The notes below the pieces were generated by a model. It had not been told where the DNA came from and ran no database searches. It saw only the letters and a list, made by a program, of their open reading frames with translations. Both the position numbers and the translations under genes were made by a program. Below, one piece after another: positions 23,994 through 36,190 of a DNA stretch of 64,000 nt (position 1 is its first letter; every line of letters begins with the position of its first letter). The stretch covers positions 2,976,001 through 3,040,000 of the forward strand of contig JBHGNT010000020.1 of assembly GCA_043228905.1 (NCBI GenBank), read 5' to 3'. The stretch comes from Azolla caroliniana (taxonomy: Eukaryota; Plantae; Polypodiophyta).

Positions 23994-26915
23994 ACTCACT
24001 CAGTCCTTCTCTCGAGAGTTCTACACCTCCCTTAGTACTAATCCTCATCTTTTAGTACTAATTCATTCTCTGTCTTAGTACTGTTCCTGACAGTACTTCT
24101 CTGTCTTAGTACTGCTCTTCACAGTTTGAACCGATTTGGGTGTGCTTCTCTTCCTTTATCTGATTACTTCTCCCTCCCTTCATACTAATCTCTTATTCCT
24201 CTTTTCTCTCAAACTATGGCCACTGTTAGTGCTCAAGAATATCAATCCGTTTTTTTCGAGTTGCAATGCTTGAAAGAGAAGTTTCTCGCTTTGGAAGAAG
24301 AAAATCAATGACTGTTGGGGGAGCTTCAACGAATCTCCTTAGAGAAGCAGCAAACGCAACAACAACACAGGGAACTAGCGTTATGCGTGCAACAACTCGA
24401 AGCAATCATAGTAGCAATGCAACAACAAGCAACCATAGTAGCAATCCATAAAGAACCCATGAAATTCGATGAAACGTGATCGCAATTTAGAGGATTCCTT
24501 AATCTGGTACGATTAGTCATTCAAATGCATCCTTCCTGATATAACACCCATGCATCACGAGTGGGTTTAGTAGGCACGTTGTTAAGTGGCTCAACTTTGG
24601 CATGGTTCGCTCCATTGTTAGAAAAGGAATCTCCTTTACTAGACAAATTTGAAGAGTTTTTAAGTGAGTTTAAAGCCTGTTTTGGAGATACTGACAGCGT
24701 AAGGACAACAATCAACAAAATCTGACGATTACGTCAAGGTGATCATCCAACCTCCGCATACGCAGCAGATTTTCGCCTACTCGCCTCGAATATCCCCTGG
24801 GATGACCAAGCACTTATGGAGCAATTTCGTTATGGTCTACGTAACGATGTCTAGGATTTACTCTTGACCTTCCCTGAAGAACCAAAGTCATTGACAGAAG
24901 CAATTAGTCGCGCGGCGAGAGGCGACAATAGTCTTTTCAGTTCTAGATGCCAAGGGCAAGATCAGAGCCCACCTACGCCTTAGTGGTAGCAAAACCTTTT
25001 CCAAGGCAGACATATAACGCATCTCCAGTCAATACTCCAACTTCGAATGAAATTGAAACTACACGTCGTCACAGACCATTATTGGAAGAAGAAAAGCATC
25101 GATGCCCAGTAAATCCACTATGTCTTTATTGCGGTGGACCAGGGCATATTGCAGTGAACTGTCCCCATAGGCCAAGAAGATAGGTGAGCCAAATAGTTGC
25201 TAGCTCTAATTGTACTAAACTCGAGTCTATTTTAGTAGGAATATCTAATAGTCCTAATAGTACTAATACCCCAAATCTATCGAACAAATTTGATGTCCTT
25301 AGTCAGTTAGAAGAAGAGTTAAACAGCCTGCGAAACGATGTAAAAGATTTACTTTAAACCTTCCCCGAAGAACCAAAATCTCTTACGGAGGCAATCAGTT
25401 GAGCGGTCCGATGTGACAACCGCCTTTTCGAACGGCATTCCGAATGTCAATTACAAATACCACGCTCTAGGCCGGAGCCCACATACGCCTCAGTCGTGGC
25501 TAAAGCGTTCGCACGCGACGTACCCTAAGCAAATACTCTGACACCGATGGAGATTGACACCATGCGTCAACGTGGCCCGTTATCGGAAGAAGAAAAGTCG
25601 CCGTGCAAATCGATTATGTCTTTATTGCGGTGGACCAGGGCATATCACAATCAATTGTCCCCATTGGCCATGAAGACAGGTAAATCAAATCGTAGCCTAT
25701 ACTAAACCCGAGTCAATTCTTCCCTTAAGAGTGTCTGATAGTATTAATAGTACTAATAGAGTGTCTGATAGTATTAATAGTACTAATAGCCCAAGTATCT
25801 CAAACAAATTTGAAATCCTTAGTCAATTAGATGAAGAGTTAAACGATTGAGTCCAGCCAAAATAGGAGCCATTTGGTTGGACAACCCTAGATCTGTGCAG
25901 CCCATTAGTGGTTCCATTCCCTCTAAGCAAGTTAGCAATGTGTTCTTAGCCCAAGTAGCTGTTAGTATTAAAAGTACCTCTCCAGTTCATGTCTCAGCAC
26001 CCCTAGATTACGGAGCTACTTCTTGCTTCATGGATAGGAATTTTGCCCAACCTCATCAGATATCCCTAAGAAAACTCCTGTGTCCAGCCTGTGTAGTAGT
26101 CATTGATGGTCGTCCCATTGTTTCCGGAAATATCATAGAAGAGTTAGAGCCCATTAATATTCTCCTAAATAATTTAGTGTGTGTAGTATCCTTTAATATA
26201 ATTAGTATCCCAGAACATCCCATTGTTTTGGGATTACCATGGTTCAAATTACATAACCCAGACATAGATTGAAGAACAAGAGAAATCTGGTATCGACAAA
26301 CCCGAGGATCTACTCATAAGATTGCAACCATTTCGCTACACATCAATTGACGCAAGGAAGAAATGTTTCTCTTCGCAGTATCAGTAAAACCCTCCAACAC
26401 GACTAAAGAGGAGTCCACCGTTCAACTTCCAGAGAAGTATCGTCATTATGCTGATGTGTTCGATAAAGTACAAGCCAATACGCTTCCTCACCATCAACCG
26501 TATGATTGCCCCATCGATTTACAACTGGGAAAAGAGCCACCATGGGGATGGATCTACAATTTGTCACTAACCGAGCTAGAAGTCCTTTGAGCCTATATAG
26601 AAGAGAATTTGGCAAATGGTTTCATTCAACATTCGAAATCTCCAGCCGGCGCACCCATTTTCTTCGTCAAGAAAAAGGATATGGCTCACTTCGTCTTGCC
26701 ATAGATTATCGTGTCTTGAATAGGTCACCATCAGGAATAGGTATGCACTTCCCCTTATCTCAAGTCTTTTAGAACAGATAAATGGTGCAAGGTTCTTCAC
26801 AAAGATCGACTTACGAGGAGCACATAACCTTGTACGAATCCGACCAGGAGATGAATGGAAGACCGCGTTTCGCACCAGATATGAGCACTTCGAGTATACG
26901 GTCATGCCATTCGAC

Positions 26916-27238
26916 TGTCATGATATGGCAAGACTCGAACCCATGACCTTATGGTATATGGGTCGAGCTCTTAACCATCACATCATCTTTTGTAATTTGT
27001 AGGATATTATTTTCATTTATGCTTTATTATAAGAAATTAATGTATATTCCAGATTTCTCTGGAACATTCTAGAAGCTTCAGGACTACTCTTGAGAGCACT
27101 ATATAAGGAGGCACAAGGCATTGTTTTGAACCAAATTGGTTCAACGCCAATCTTAAGCCTCTTAGCCACTTTGCACTTATCCTTCACATAATATATTAGT
27201 TGTTATCATCATCCCTCTCTCTCTCTCTCTCATCCTCG

Positions 27239-27276
<38 letters not shown>

Positions 27277-27280
27277 CTCG

Positions 27281-27330
<50 letters not shown>

Positions 27331-30300
27331 CTATCTTTCTCTCTCGGGAATCTTACGTAGTCCCGTCCTCTTAGTACTAATAGTACTTTTCTTCTTTAGT
27401 ACTAATTCTCTCTCTGCTTAGTACTATTCCTGACAGTTTGAACCAAATTTTCCTCCTCAAGCCTACTTGTCGTTCTCCCTCATCCTCCTACCCTTTTCCC
27501 TATACTATGGCTACTGTTAGCGCCCAAGAATATCAATCCGTTTTCTCCGAGCTACAGTGCCTAAAAGAAAAATTTGTTGCCTTGGAACCTGAAAACCAAC
27601 CGCTGATAGGGGATCTGCAACAAATCGCTCTAGAAAAACAACAAACGCAGCAACAACATGGGGAGTTAACGTTACGGGTACAACAACTCGAAGCAACATT
27701 GCAACAACAAGGATCAAGTCCCCAAGGATTTCATAAAGAGCCGAAGATTGGACTTCCTATGAAATTTGATGGAACGCGATCGCAATTCAGGGGATTTCTT
27801 AATCACGTACGATTAGTTATCCAAATGCATCCTTCCCGATACCCCACTGATGTGTCCCGAGTCGGCCGAGTAGGCACGTTGCTTAGCGGCTCAACCTTAG
27901 CATGGTTCGCTCCGCTTCTAGAAAAACAATTGCCCTTGCTTAATAACTTTGAAGATTTTATTAGTGAGTTTAAAGCCTGCTTTGGAGACACTGACAGCAT
28001 CAGGACGGCGATCAACAAGATCCGACGATTGCGTCAAGGCGATCGTCCAGCCTCTACCTATGCGGCGGATTTCTGTCTACTCGCCTCCGATATTCCCTGG
28101 GATGATCAGGCACTAATGGAGCAGTTTCGCTACGGCCTGCGAAACGATGTAAAAGATTTACTTTTAACCTTCCCCGAAGAACGAAAATCTCTTACGGAGG
28201 CAATCAGTTGAGCGGTCCGATGTGACAACCACCTTTTCGAACGGCGTTCCGAACGTCAATTACAAATACCACGCTCTAGGCCGGAGCCCACATACGCTTC
28301 AGTCGTGGCTAAAACGTTTGCACGCGACGTTCCCCAAGAAAATACTCCGACACCGATGGAGATTGACACCATGTGTCAACGTGGCCCGTTATCAGAAGAA
28401 GAAAAGCAACGACGCCGTGCAAATCGATTATGTCTTTATTGCGGTGGACCAGGGCATATTGCAATCAATTGTCCCCATAGGCCAAGAAGACAGGTAAATC
28501 AAATCGTAGCCTATACTAAACTCGAGTCAATTCTTCCCCTAGGAGTGTCTGATAGTATTAATAGTACTAATAGAGTGTCTGATAGTATTAATAGTACTAA
28601 TAGCCCAAGTATCTCAAACAAATTTGAAATCCTTAGTCAATTAGATGAAGAGTTAAACGATTGAGTCTAGCCAAAATAGGAGCCGTTTGGTTGGATAGCC
28701 CTAGATCTGTACTAACCCATTAGTGGTTCCATTCCCTCCAAGCAAGTTAGCGATGTGTTCCTAGCCCAAGTCATGGTTAGTACTAAAAGCACTCCCCCAG
28801 TACAAGTCCTAACAGTTTTAGATTCCGGAGCCAATTCCTGTTTCATGGATCGAAATTTTGCCCAAGCTTCTAAGAAAACTTCCTTGCCCCGCATCTGTAG
28901 TAGTCATTGATGGTCGTCCCATTGCTTCCGGGAATATTGTAGAAGAGTCAAAACCCATTCAGGTTGTCCTAGGTAGTTTGTGTGTGTAGTATCATTTAAT
29001 ATAATTAGTAGTCCAGAGCATCGCATTGTTCTGGGATTACCTTGGTTTGAACTACATAATCCAGACATAGATTGGAGAACAAGAGAAGTCTAATATCGAC
29101 AACCCCAAGAATCTACTCATCGAGTTTAGACCATTTCACTACGTCAACTACGCGAAGGACACAAGGAGGCAATGTTCCTATTTGCCATATCAGTACATCC
29201 TTCCAAAAATATTAAGGAGGAATACTTAGTGCAACTTCCGGCGAAATATCATCCTTATGCCGACGTATTTGACAAGGTAAAAGCAGGTACTCTTCCTCAT
29301 CATCGTCCCTACGATTGTCCCATCGATTTACAACCAGGAGCAGAGCCACCATGGGGACCAATCTAAAACTTGTCACCCACCGAGTTAGAAGTCCTTCGAG
29401 CCTACATAGAGGAGAACTTGGCAAGCGGGTTTATTCGTCATTCGAAATCTCCGACCGTAGCACCCATCTTCTTTGTCAAGAAGAAAGATGGCTCACTTCG
29501 TCTCGTCGTTGATTACCGCAACTTAAATAAGGTCACCATTCGGAATAGGTATGCACTTCCTCTTATATCAAGTCTTTTAGAGCGAGTTAATGGTGCCAAG
29601 TTTTTTACAAAAATCAATGTATGAGGAGCGTATAACCTCGTGCAGATCCGACAGGGAGATGAATGGAAGACAGCCTTTCGCACGCGGTATGGGCATTTCG
29701 AATATACTGTTATGCTGTTCGGTCTAACCAATGCACCTGCAGTCTTCCAATACATGGCAAATGATATATTCAGAGACCTCTTGGATATCTATTTGATCAT
29801 CTATCCGGATGATCTATTGATTTATTCGAAGACCCAGGAAGAGCACGATTCTCATGTACTATTAGTACCAAACCGACTCCGCGAGAATGGTCTTTATGCC
29901 AAGCTAGAAAAATGTAGCTTTGACTACAAACAAGTGGAATTTCTAGGTTACGTTATCTCCTCAAAGGGCATCTCCATGGATCTAGCTAAAGTGCAAACTG
30001 TGCTAGAGTGGCAAATTCCACGGTTAGTACGAGATGTACAATGTTTTCTAGGTTTTGCTAACTTCTACCGCAAGTTTTTACAGGATTACTCGAAGATTAT
30101 TTTACCTCTCACACAACTTACGAAGAAGGGACAAGCATTTCTTTGGTCCAATGAAGTGGACATGGTTTTTCGGCATCTTAAGAAAGCCTTTACATCAGCA
30201 CCTATTCTAGCTCTTGTGGATACAAGCAAACCATTCATCATGGAGGCCGACACATCAGATTTCGCCCTTGGTAGCATCCTTTCTCAACAAGGAGATAAAG

Positions 30301-32596
30301 AAGAGTACATCATGTGCCTTTCCATTCGCGCAAATTCAATGCTGCGGAAATCAACTACGAAATACATGACAAGGAGTTATTAGCCATCGTGGATTCATTT
30401 GTGCAATGGCGGCATTTTTTGGAGGGCTCTCCACATCAGGTCATCGTCTTCAGTGATCACAAGAATCTTTCTTATTTCCAAAACACCCGTATGGTAAATC
30501 GACGGCAAGCTAGGTGGGCTCAATTCCACACACGTTTTGATTTCAAAATTGCATATCAACCGGGGAAGCAGCAAGGAAAGGCAGATGCACTATCACGACG
30601 TTCATATCTTGCACCTCGTCCTGGTGATCCAACGTTCGATAATCAAAAGCAAGTAATCTTGGGACCAACACGATTGCACACAACGCGAAATTTCCACACC
30701 CCAATGGATTCCCAGATTACTGACACCATACGTGCGAACTTGAAGACGAACAATTTTGCTCATGACATTCTGGCGCACATTGATACCTCTCGGGCATCCT
30801 ATTCCCAGTCTCAACAACCAGGTATGGACTATCGACAATTCGAATATCATGATGGTTTGTTATTCTTTAAAAAGCTTGTATATGTCCCCGATTGGCGGGA
30901 CATTTCGGTAGCATTAAGACGTGGGATCTAGTTCAACGATCCTTTTGGTGGCCCCATATGTGACATTTTGTCGACGACTACGTTCGGACCTGTGATGCTT
31001 GCTGCCAAGCAAAGATGCCATGACACCATCCACATGGCTTGTTGGAACCCTTATCGATGCCAAGTAAGACGTGACAGTCTATTTGTCTTGACTTTATCAT
31101 AGATCTACCGGTCTCGAAGGGGTTTGATGCTATCTTAACCGTCGTCGATCGATATATGAAGATGGCACATTTTGTGCCGTGTACTAAGGCCATCACTAGC
31201 GAGGAAGCCGCCACCCTTGTCATGCGTGAGGTATTTCGGTATCATGGCCTCCCAGACAGTATCATCAGTGACCGAGAACCGCAATTCGTCTCCCAATTTT
31301 GGCAGCATCTCTTCAAGATGCTCAAGGTCTCTTGCAACCTCTCCTTCGGCTACCATCCTCAGACCGATGGGCAGGCCGAACGAACAAACCAAATGTTGGA
31401 GCAATATCTCTAGTGTTTCCTGAGTTATCAACAAGAAGATTGGGCCGAGATTCTCCACTTTGTGGAGTTTGCGTATAATAATGTTCATTCCTCGACTCCT
31501 GTCTCCCCATTCTACGCTTATATTGGTTCTCATCCTCGCTAGTTGGTGATCGACACCTCGGAGCTACCTACCAATCCTCGTGCCGCGGATCATTTGGAGA
31601 GACTATGCAAGATCCAAATGGATCTCTCTACTCAACAGACACAGAAGACTTACGCAGATTGTCATCGGCTTCCCTCCTCTTTTGCCATTGGAGATCGAGT
31701 ATGGGTTTTACGTCGTCCCATCAAGACTACGCGACCGTGCGACAAGTTGGATTATCGCTGAATCGGTCCTTTCCGTATTACCGGTAAGGTTAATGATGTC
31801 ACGTTCCGCCTTGATCTTCCTCCGCATCTTTGGATACATCTGGTCTTCCATGGTTCTCTTTTTGAACCTTATAAAGCAAACACTATTCCCGATCGTGTTA
31901 CACCACCGCCGCCCCCGCTTGAGTTAGACACCGGCCCGGAGTATGAAGTTGTTGCCATCCTCAACTCCAAATTTGTTCACAACAAACTTTATTATTTGGT
32001 CGATTGGCTTGGCTATAGTTCGAAGCGAATGTACTTGGGAGCCCGTCAAGCATGTCACCAATGCTCAGGATCTTCTTGTTGATTTTCACCGACAAACCTG
32101 GTCCTCAATCAACGTTGACTCGTTCCACTCATCGTCTTAAGGGGGGGGATAGTGTCATGATATGGCAAGACTCGAACCCATGACCTTATAGTATATGGGT
32201 TGAGTTCTTAACCATCACACTATCTATTGTAATTTGTAGGATATTATTTTCATTTATGCTTTATTATAAGAAATTAATGTATATTCTAGATTTCTCTAGA
32301 ACATTCTAGAAGCTTTAGGACTACTCGTGAGAGCACTATATAAGGAGGCACAAGGCATTGTTTTGAACCAAATTGGTTCAACGCCAGTCTTAAGCCTCTT
32401 AGCCACTTTGTACTTATCCATCACTTAATATATTAGTTGTTATCATCATCCCTCTCTCTCTCTCTCATCCTCGCTATCTCTCTCTCCTCTTCTCTCTTTC
32501 TCTCTCGGGAATCTTACACAGTCCCATTCTCTTAGTATTAATAGTACTTCTCTTCTTTAGTACTAATTCTCTCTCTGCTTAGTACTATTCCTGACA
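26916..32596 (+). mobile_element. Full-length decayed chromovirus (family B) inserted in RT of B'
   Basis: TSD TCGAC/TTGGC (host TCGGC, one transition each); LTRs 26916..27435 and 32153..32596; gag 27507..28664; pol 28665..32140; G-rich PPT before 32153. Confidence 0.93.
32157..32225 (-). promoter_or_regulatory. tRNA-like A/B-box cassette at the terminus of family-B LTR (also ~26920..26990, ~35075..35145)
   Basis: Minus strand TAGTGTGATGGTTAAGA ... AGGTC ATGGG TTCGAGTC with canonical tRNA spacing. Confidence 0.75.
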
Positions 32597-34656
32597 TTGG
32601 CCTCACTAATGCGCCAACAATCTTCCAGCACATGGCAAATGATATATTCTGAGATCTCTTGGATGTTTGTTTGATCATCTATTTGGATGATCTACTGGTT
32701 TATTCAAAGACCCAAGAAGAGCATGATTCTCATGTACTGTTAATACTAAAACTACTTCGAGAGCATGGTCTTTATGCAAAGCTGGAAAAATCTAGTTTCG
32801 AGTGCAACTAGGCAGAATTTCTAGGCTATGTCATTTCCTCGGAAGGCATCTCCATGGATCTAGTTAAGGTCAAAACGGTGGTAGAGTGGCAGACTCCGCG
32901 TTCGTTGCGAGATGTGCAATGCTTTTTAGGCTTTGCCAATTTCTACCGCAAGTTTATATAGGATTACTCAAAGCTTGTTCTGCCTCTCACACAGCTCACC
33001 AGGAAGGAAAAATTGTTCTTTTGGTTTGAAGAAGCAGACATGCCTTTTGAGGGTCTTAAGAAGGCATTTACATCAGCTCCTATTCTAGCTCATGTTAATC
33101 CGGAAAAACCATTCATCATCGAAGCAGACGCATCGGATTTCTCGTCGGGTAGCATTCTGTCACACAAGGCGATGATGAAAAGTTTGACGCCGCCGAAATC
33201 AACTATGAAATTCATGATAAGGAGCTATTAGCAATAGTGGACACTTTTACGCAATAGAGGAATTTTCTAGAGTGATCTTCTTATCAAGTCACCGTATTCA
33301 GTGATCACAAAAACCTTGCCTACTTTCAGAATGCTCGTGTGTTAAATCGACGTCAAGCTCGGTGGGCCCAATTCCTCACTCGTTTCGACTTCAAAATTAC
33401 ATATCGTCTGGGGAAGCAACAAGGGAAGGTAGATGCATTATCACGACGCTCGTATCTAGTACCGCGTCCTGGTGATTCAACTTTCAATAACCAAAAGCAA
33501 GTAATCTTGGGACCAGCACGACTACAAGCAACGTAGGTCTTCGGAATGCCCTTAGATTCCCACGTTATCGATACCATACGCGAGGACTTGAAGACAGATG
33601 CTTTCGCCCAAGCCATTCTAGCACAAATTGATCCCTCTCGAGCATCTTGTTCACAGTCGCAACAACCAGGTACGGACTATTGACAATTCGAATGTCATGA
33701 TGGATTACTATCTTTAAGAAACTCTTGTATGTTCCTAATGTTTCTTGTTGCCTTCAAGTAGTCCAAAACTGTCATGACACATATACAACTCGGCATTTTG
33801 GTAGTACGAAAACATTAGATTTAGTACAACGATCATTCTGGTGGCCCCATATGCGACAATTTGTCGAACATTTTGTTCGGACTTGTGATACATGTCGTAG
33901 AGCAAAAATGCCAAGGCATCATCCATATGGTTTATTAGAACCATTACCAATTCCAAGCAAGTTGTGGCAATCCATTGCTCTAGATTTCATCACAAATCTT
34001 CCGGTGTCTAGGGATTCGATGCGATCTTAATAGTAGTAGATCGATATATGAAGATGGCCCATTTTCTGCCATGTACTAAGGAAATCTCCAGTGAGGAAAC
34101 CACCGAAACTGTCATGTGTGAAGAATGTCAGCATCATGGCCTTCCCGATAGTATCATCAGCGACCGTGGACCCCGGTTCATCTCGAAATTCTGGAAGCAC
34201 CTCTTTAAAATGCTCAAGGTCAATTGTAACCTCTGCTCCGGCTACCACCCACAAACAAACGGCCAAGCAGAATGAACAAATCAAACAATAGAGCAGTATC
34301 TTCGATGCTTTCTAAGCAATCATCAAGATGATTGGGCGGATATTCTCCACTTCGCCGAATTTGCGTATAATAACTCTGTCCACTCATCGACAAAGGTTAC
34401 ACCATTTTATGCTTATACGGGTTGTCACCCCTGGTGGTGTGTATTTGAAACCCTAGAGTTACCCACAAATCATTGCGCACAGGATCGTTTGGAGTGGTTA
34501 CGCAAGATACAAGCAGATTTATCTACTCATCTACAACAAGCTCAACACACACACAAGGTTTACGCGGATCGTCATTGGCTTCCATCCAGTTTTAACATTG
34601 GAGATCGGGTATGGCTACTTTGACGACATATCAAGACTAGTCGCCCATGCGAGAAG

Positions 34657-35070
34657 TTGGATTATTGGCAATTAGGTCCTTTCTGTATTATCGGAAAAAT
34701 TAATGATGTTGATTTTCCTCTCAATCTACCTCCACAACTTTGGATACATCCGGTGTTTCATAGTTCTCTCCTCGAACTCTATCAAGATAGCACCATCCCA
34801 GGTCGTACTAAACAACCTCCACCCTCGATCGAACTTGAAGATGGACCTGAGTACGAGGTTGCCGCCATCCTCGATTCCAAGATTGTTCGCAACAAGCTCT
34901 ACTATTTAGTCGATTGGCTAGGATATAGTCCTAGTGAGCGTACTTGGGAACCAATAGAGAATGTGACCAATGCTCATGCTCTTCTTGAAGACTTCCATCG
35001 TCAATATCCAGACAAACCTAATCCTCAATCTAAAATGACTCATGACACGCATCGTTTTAAAGGGGGATAA
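34657..35070 (+). pseudogene. pol: Integrase C-terminus with chromodomain (B')
   Basis: EYEVAAILDSKIVRNKLYYLVDWLGYSPSERTWEPIENV. Confidence 0.92.
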
Positions 35071-35551
35071 TGTCATGATATGGCAAGACTCGAACGCATG
35101 ACCTTATATTACATGGGTCGAGCTCTTGACCATTAGACTATTTGTTGTAATACGAAAGATATTATTTTCATTTAAGTTTTACTATAGAAAATTGATGTAT
35201 ATTCCAAATTTCTTTGGAACATTCAAGAAACTTCAGGAGTACTCCTGATAACATTATAAAAGGAGGCACAAGGCATTATTTCGAACCAAATCAGTTCAAC
35301 GTTAGTCTTAAGCCTCCTAACTACTATTGTATATTCTCTTAACATACTATATATCTTTTGTTATCGTTATTCTCTCTCTCTCTCTCAATCTCTCTCTCTC
35401 ACTCACTCTTTCCTTCTCTCGAGAGTTCTACACCTCCCTTAGTACTAATCCTCATCTTTTCGTACTAATTCATTCTCTGTCTTAGTACTGTTCTTGACAG
35501 TACTTCTCTGTCTTATTTTACTCTTGATAGTCACCATAAGGAGTAGGTATG

Positions 35552-36190
35552 TGAAAAGAGAGATGATGATAGAAAAGAGAGAGAAGGAAGATATAGAAAC
35601 CCAAATCTACAAAGATATATTAATAAGGAGTGATGATCATAGAAACAAGAGAAAGAAGATACATAAACTCAAGCCTACAAGGATGAATTGATCACTAGAA
35701 AAAACGCACTACATGAATAGGCAAGAAAAACCCCACAAGAAAAAGGCTCCTCTCACCACCTCACTCTTCTTGCTTTATATGAAGTTCTCCTCTAGTAGAT
35801 AAGTTTCGCTTGCTTTCTTTTCCACGCTTTTTTTACAGCTTTTCCATCTCCTATTCTTAGCTATGATACAACGATCTTCTAATCGTCATATCTCCCTCGT
35901 AGAAGCTCTAAATTTAGAGATTTAAAAACCTATGGATAGCTCTCTTCACAAACTTTCCAACCCATATTTACACATTATATTTGGCTTCCAAACGAATGAG
36001 TTATGAGCGTTCGTTGTAGACTGCATTTTGGTGCCCGCTTTTTTCTTCTTTTACTTTTCTCCACGTGACTTGCTTTTTGTTTGACTTATCCTCAAGACCT
36101 TAGTTCATGTCCTTGTCCTCCAAATGTGAATCCTCCATACCTTATATTCTTTTAGTGTCCAATGGCTTGAATTCTAAAAACAGTTTCACA
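35552..36190. mobile_element. Solo LTR of unidentified family
   Basis: TG..CA, perfect TSD GTATG (35547..35551 / 36191..36195), interrupts RT motif IRSRY|ALPLI. Confidence 0.88.

Larger units (their letters stand above)
23711..35529 (+). mobile_element. Chromovirus (family B') inserted in RT of family A
   Basis: TSD GTCAT/GTCAC; LTRs 23711..24123 and 35071..35529; self-priming PBS 24126..24139; gag from 24216; pol 25847..26915 and 32602..35070 with chromodomain. Confidence 0.92.

Noticed and set aside
27200-27421. Ser/Leu-rich hydrophobic ORF
   Set aside because: Translation of a (CT)n microsatellite within an LTR.
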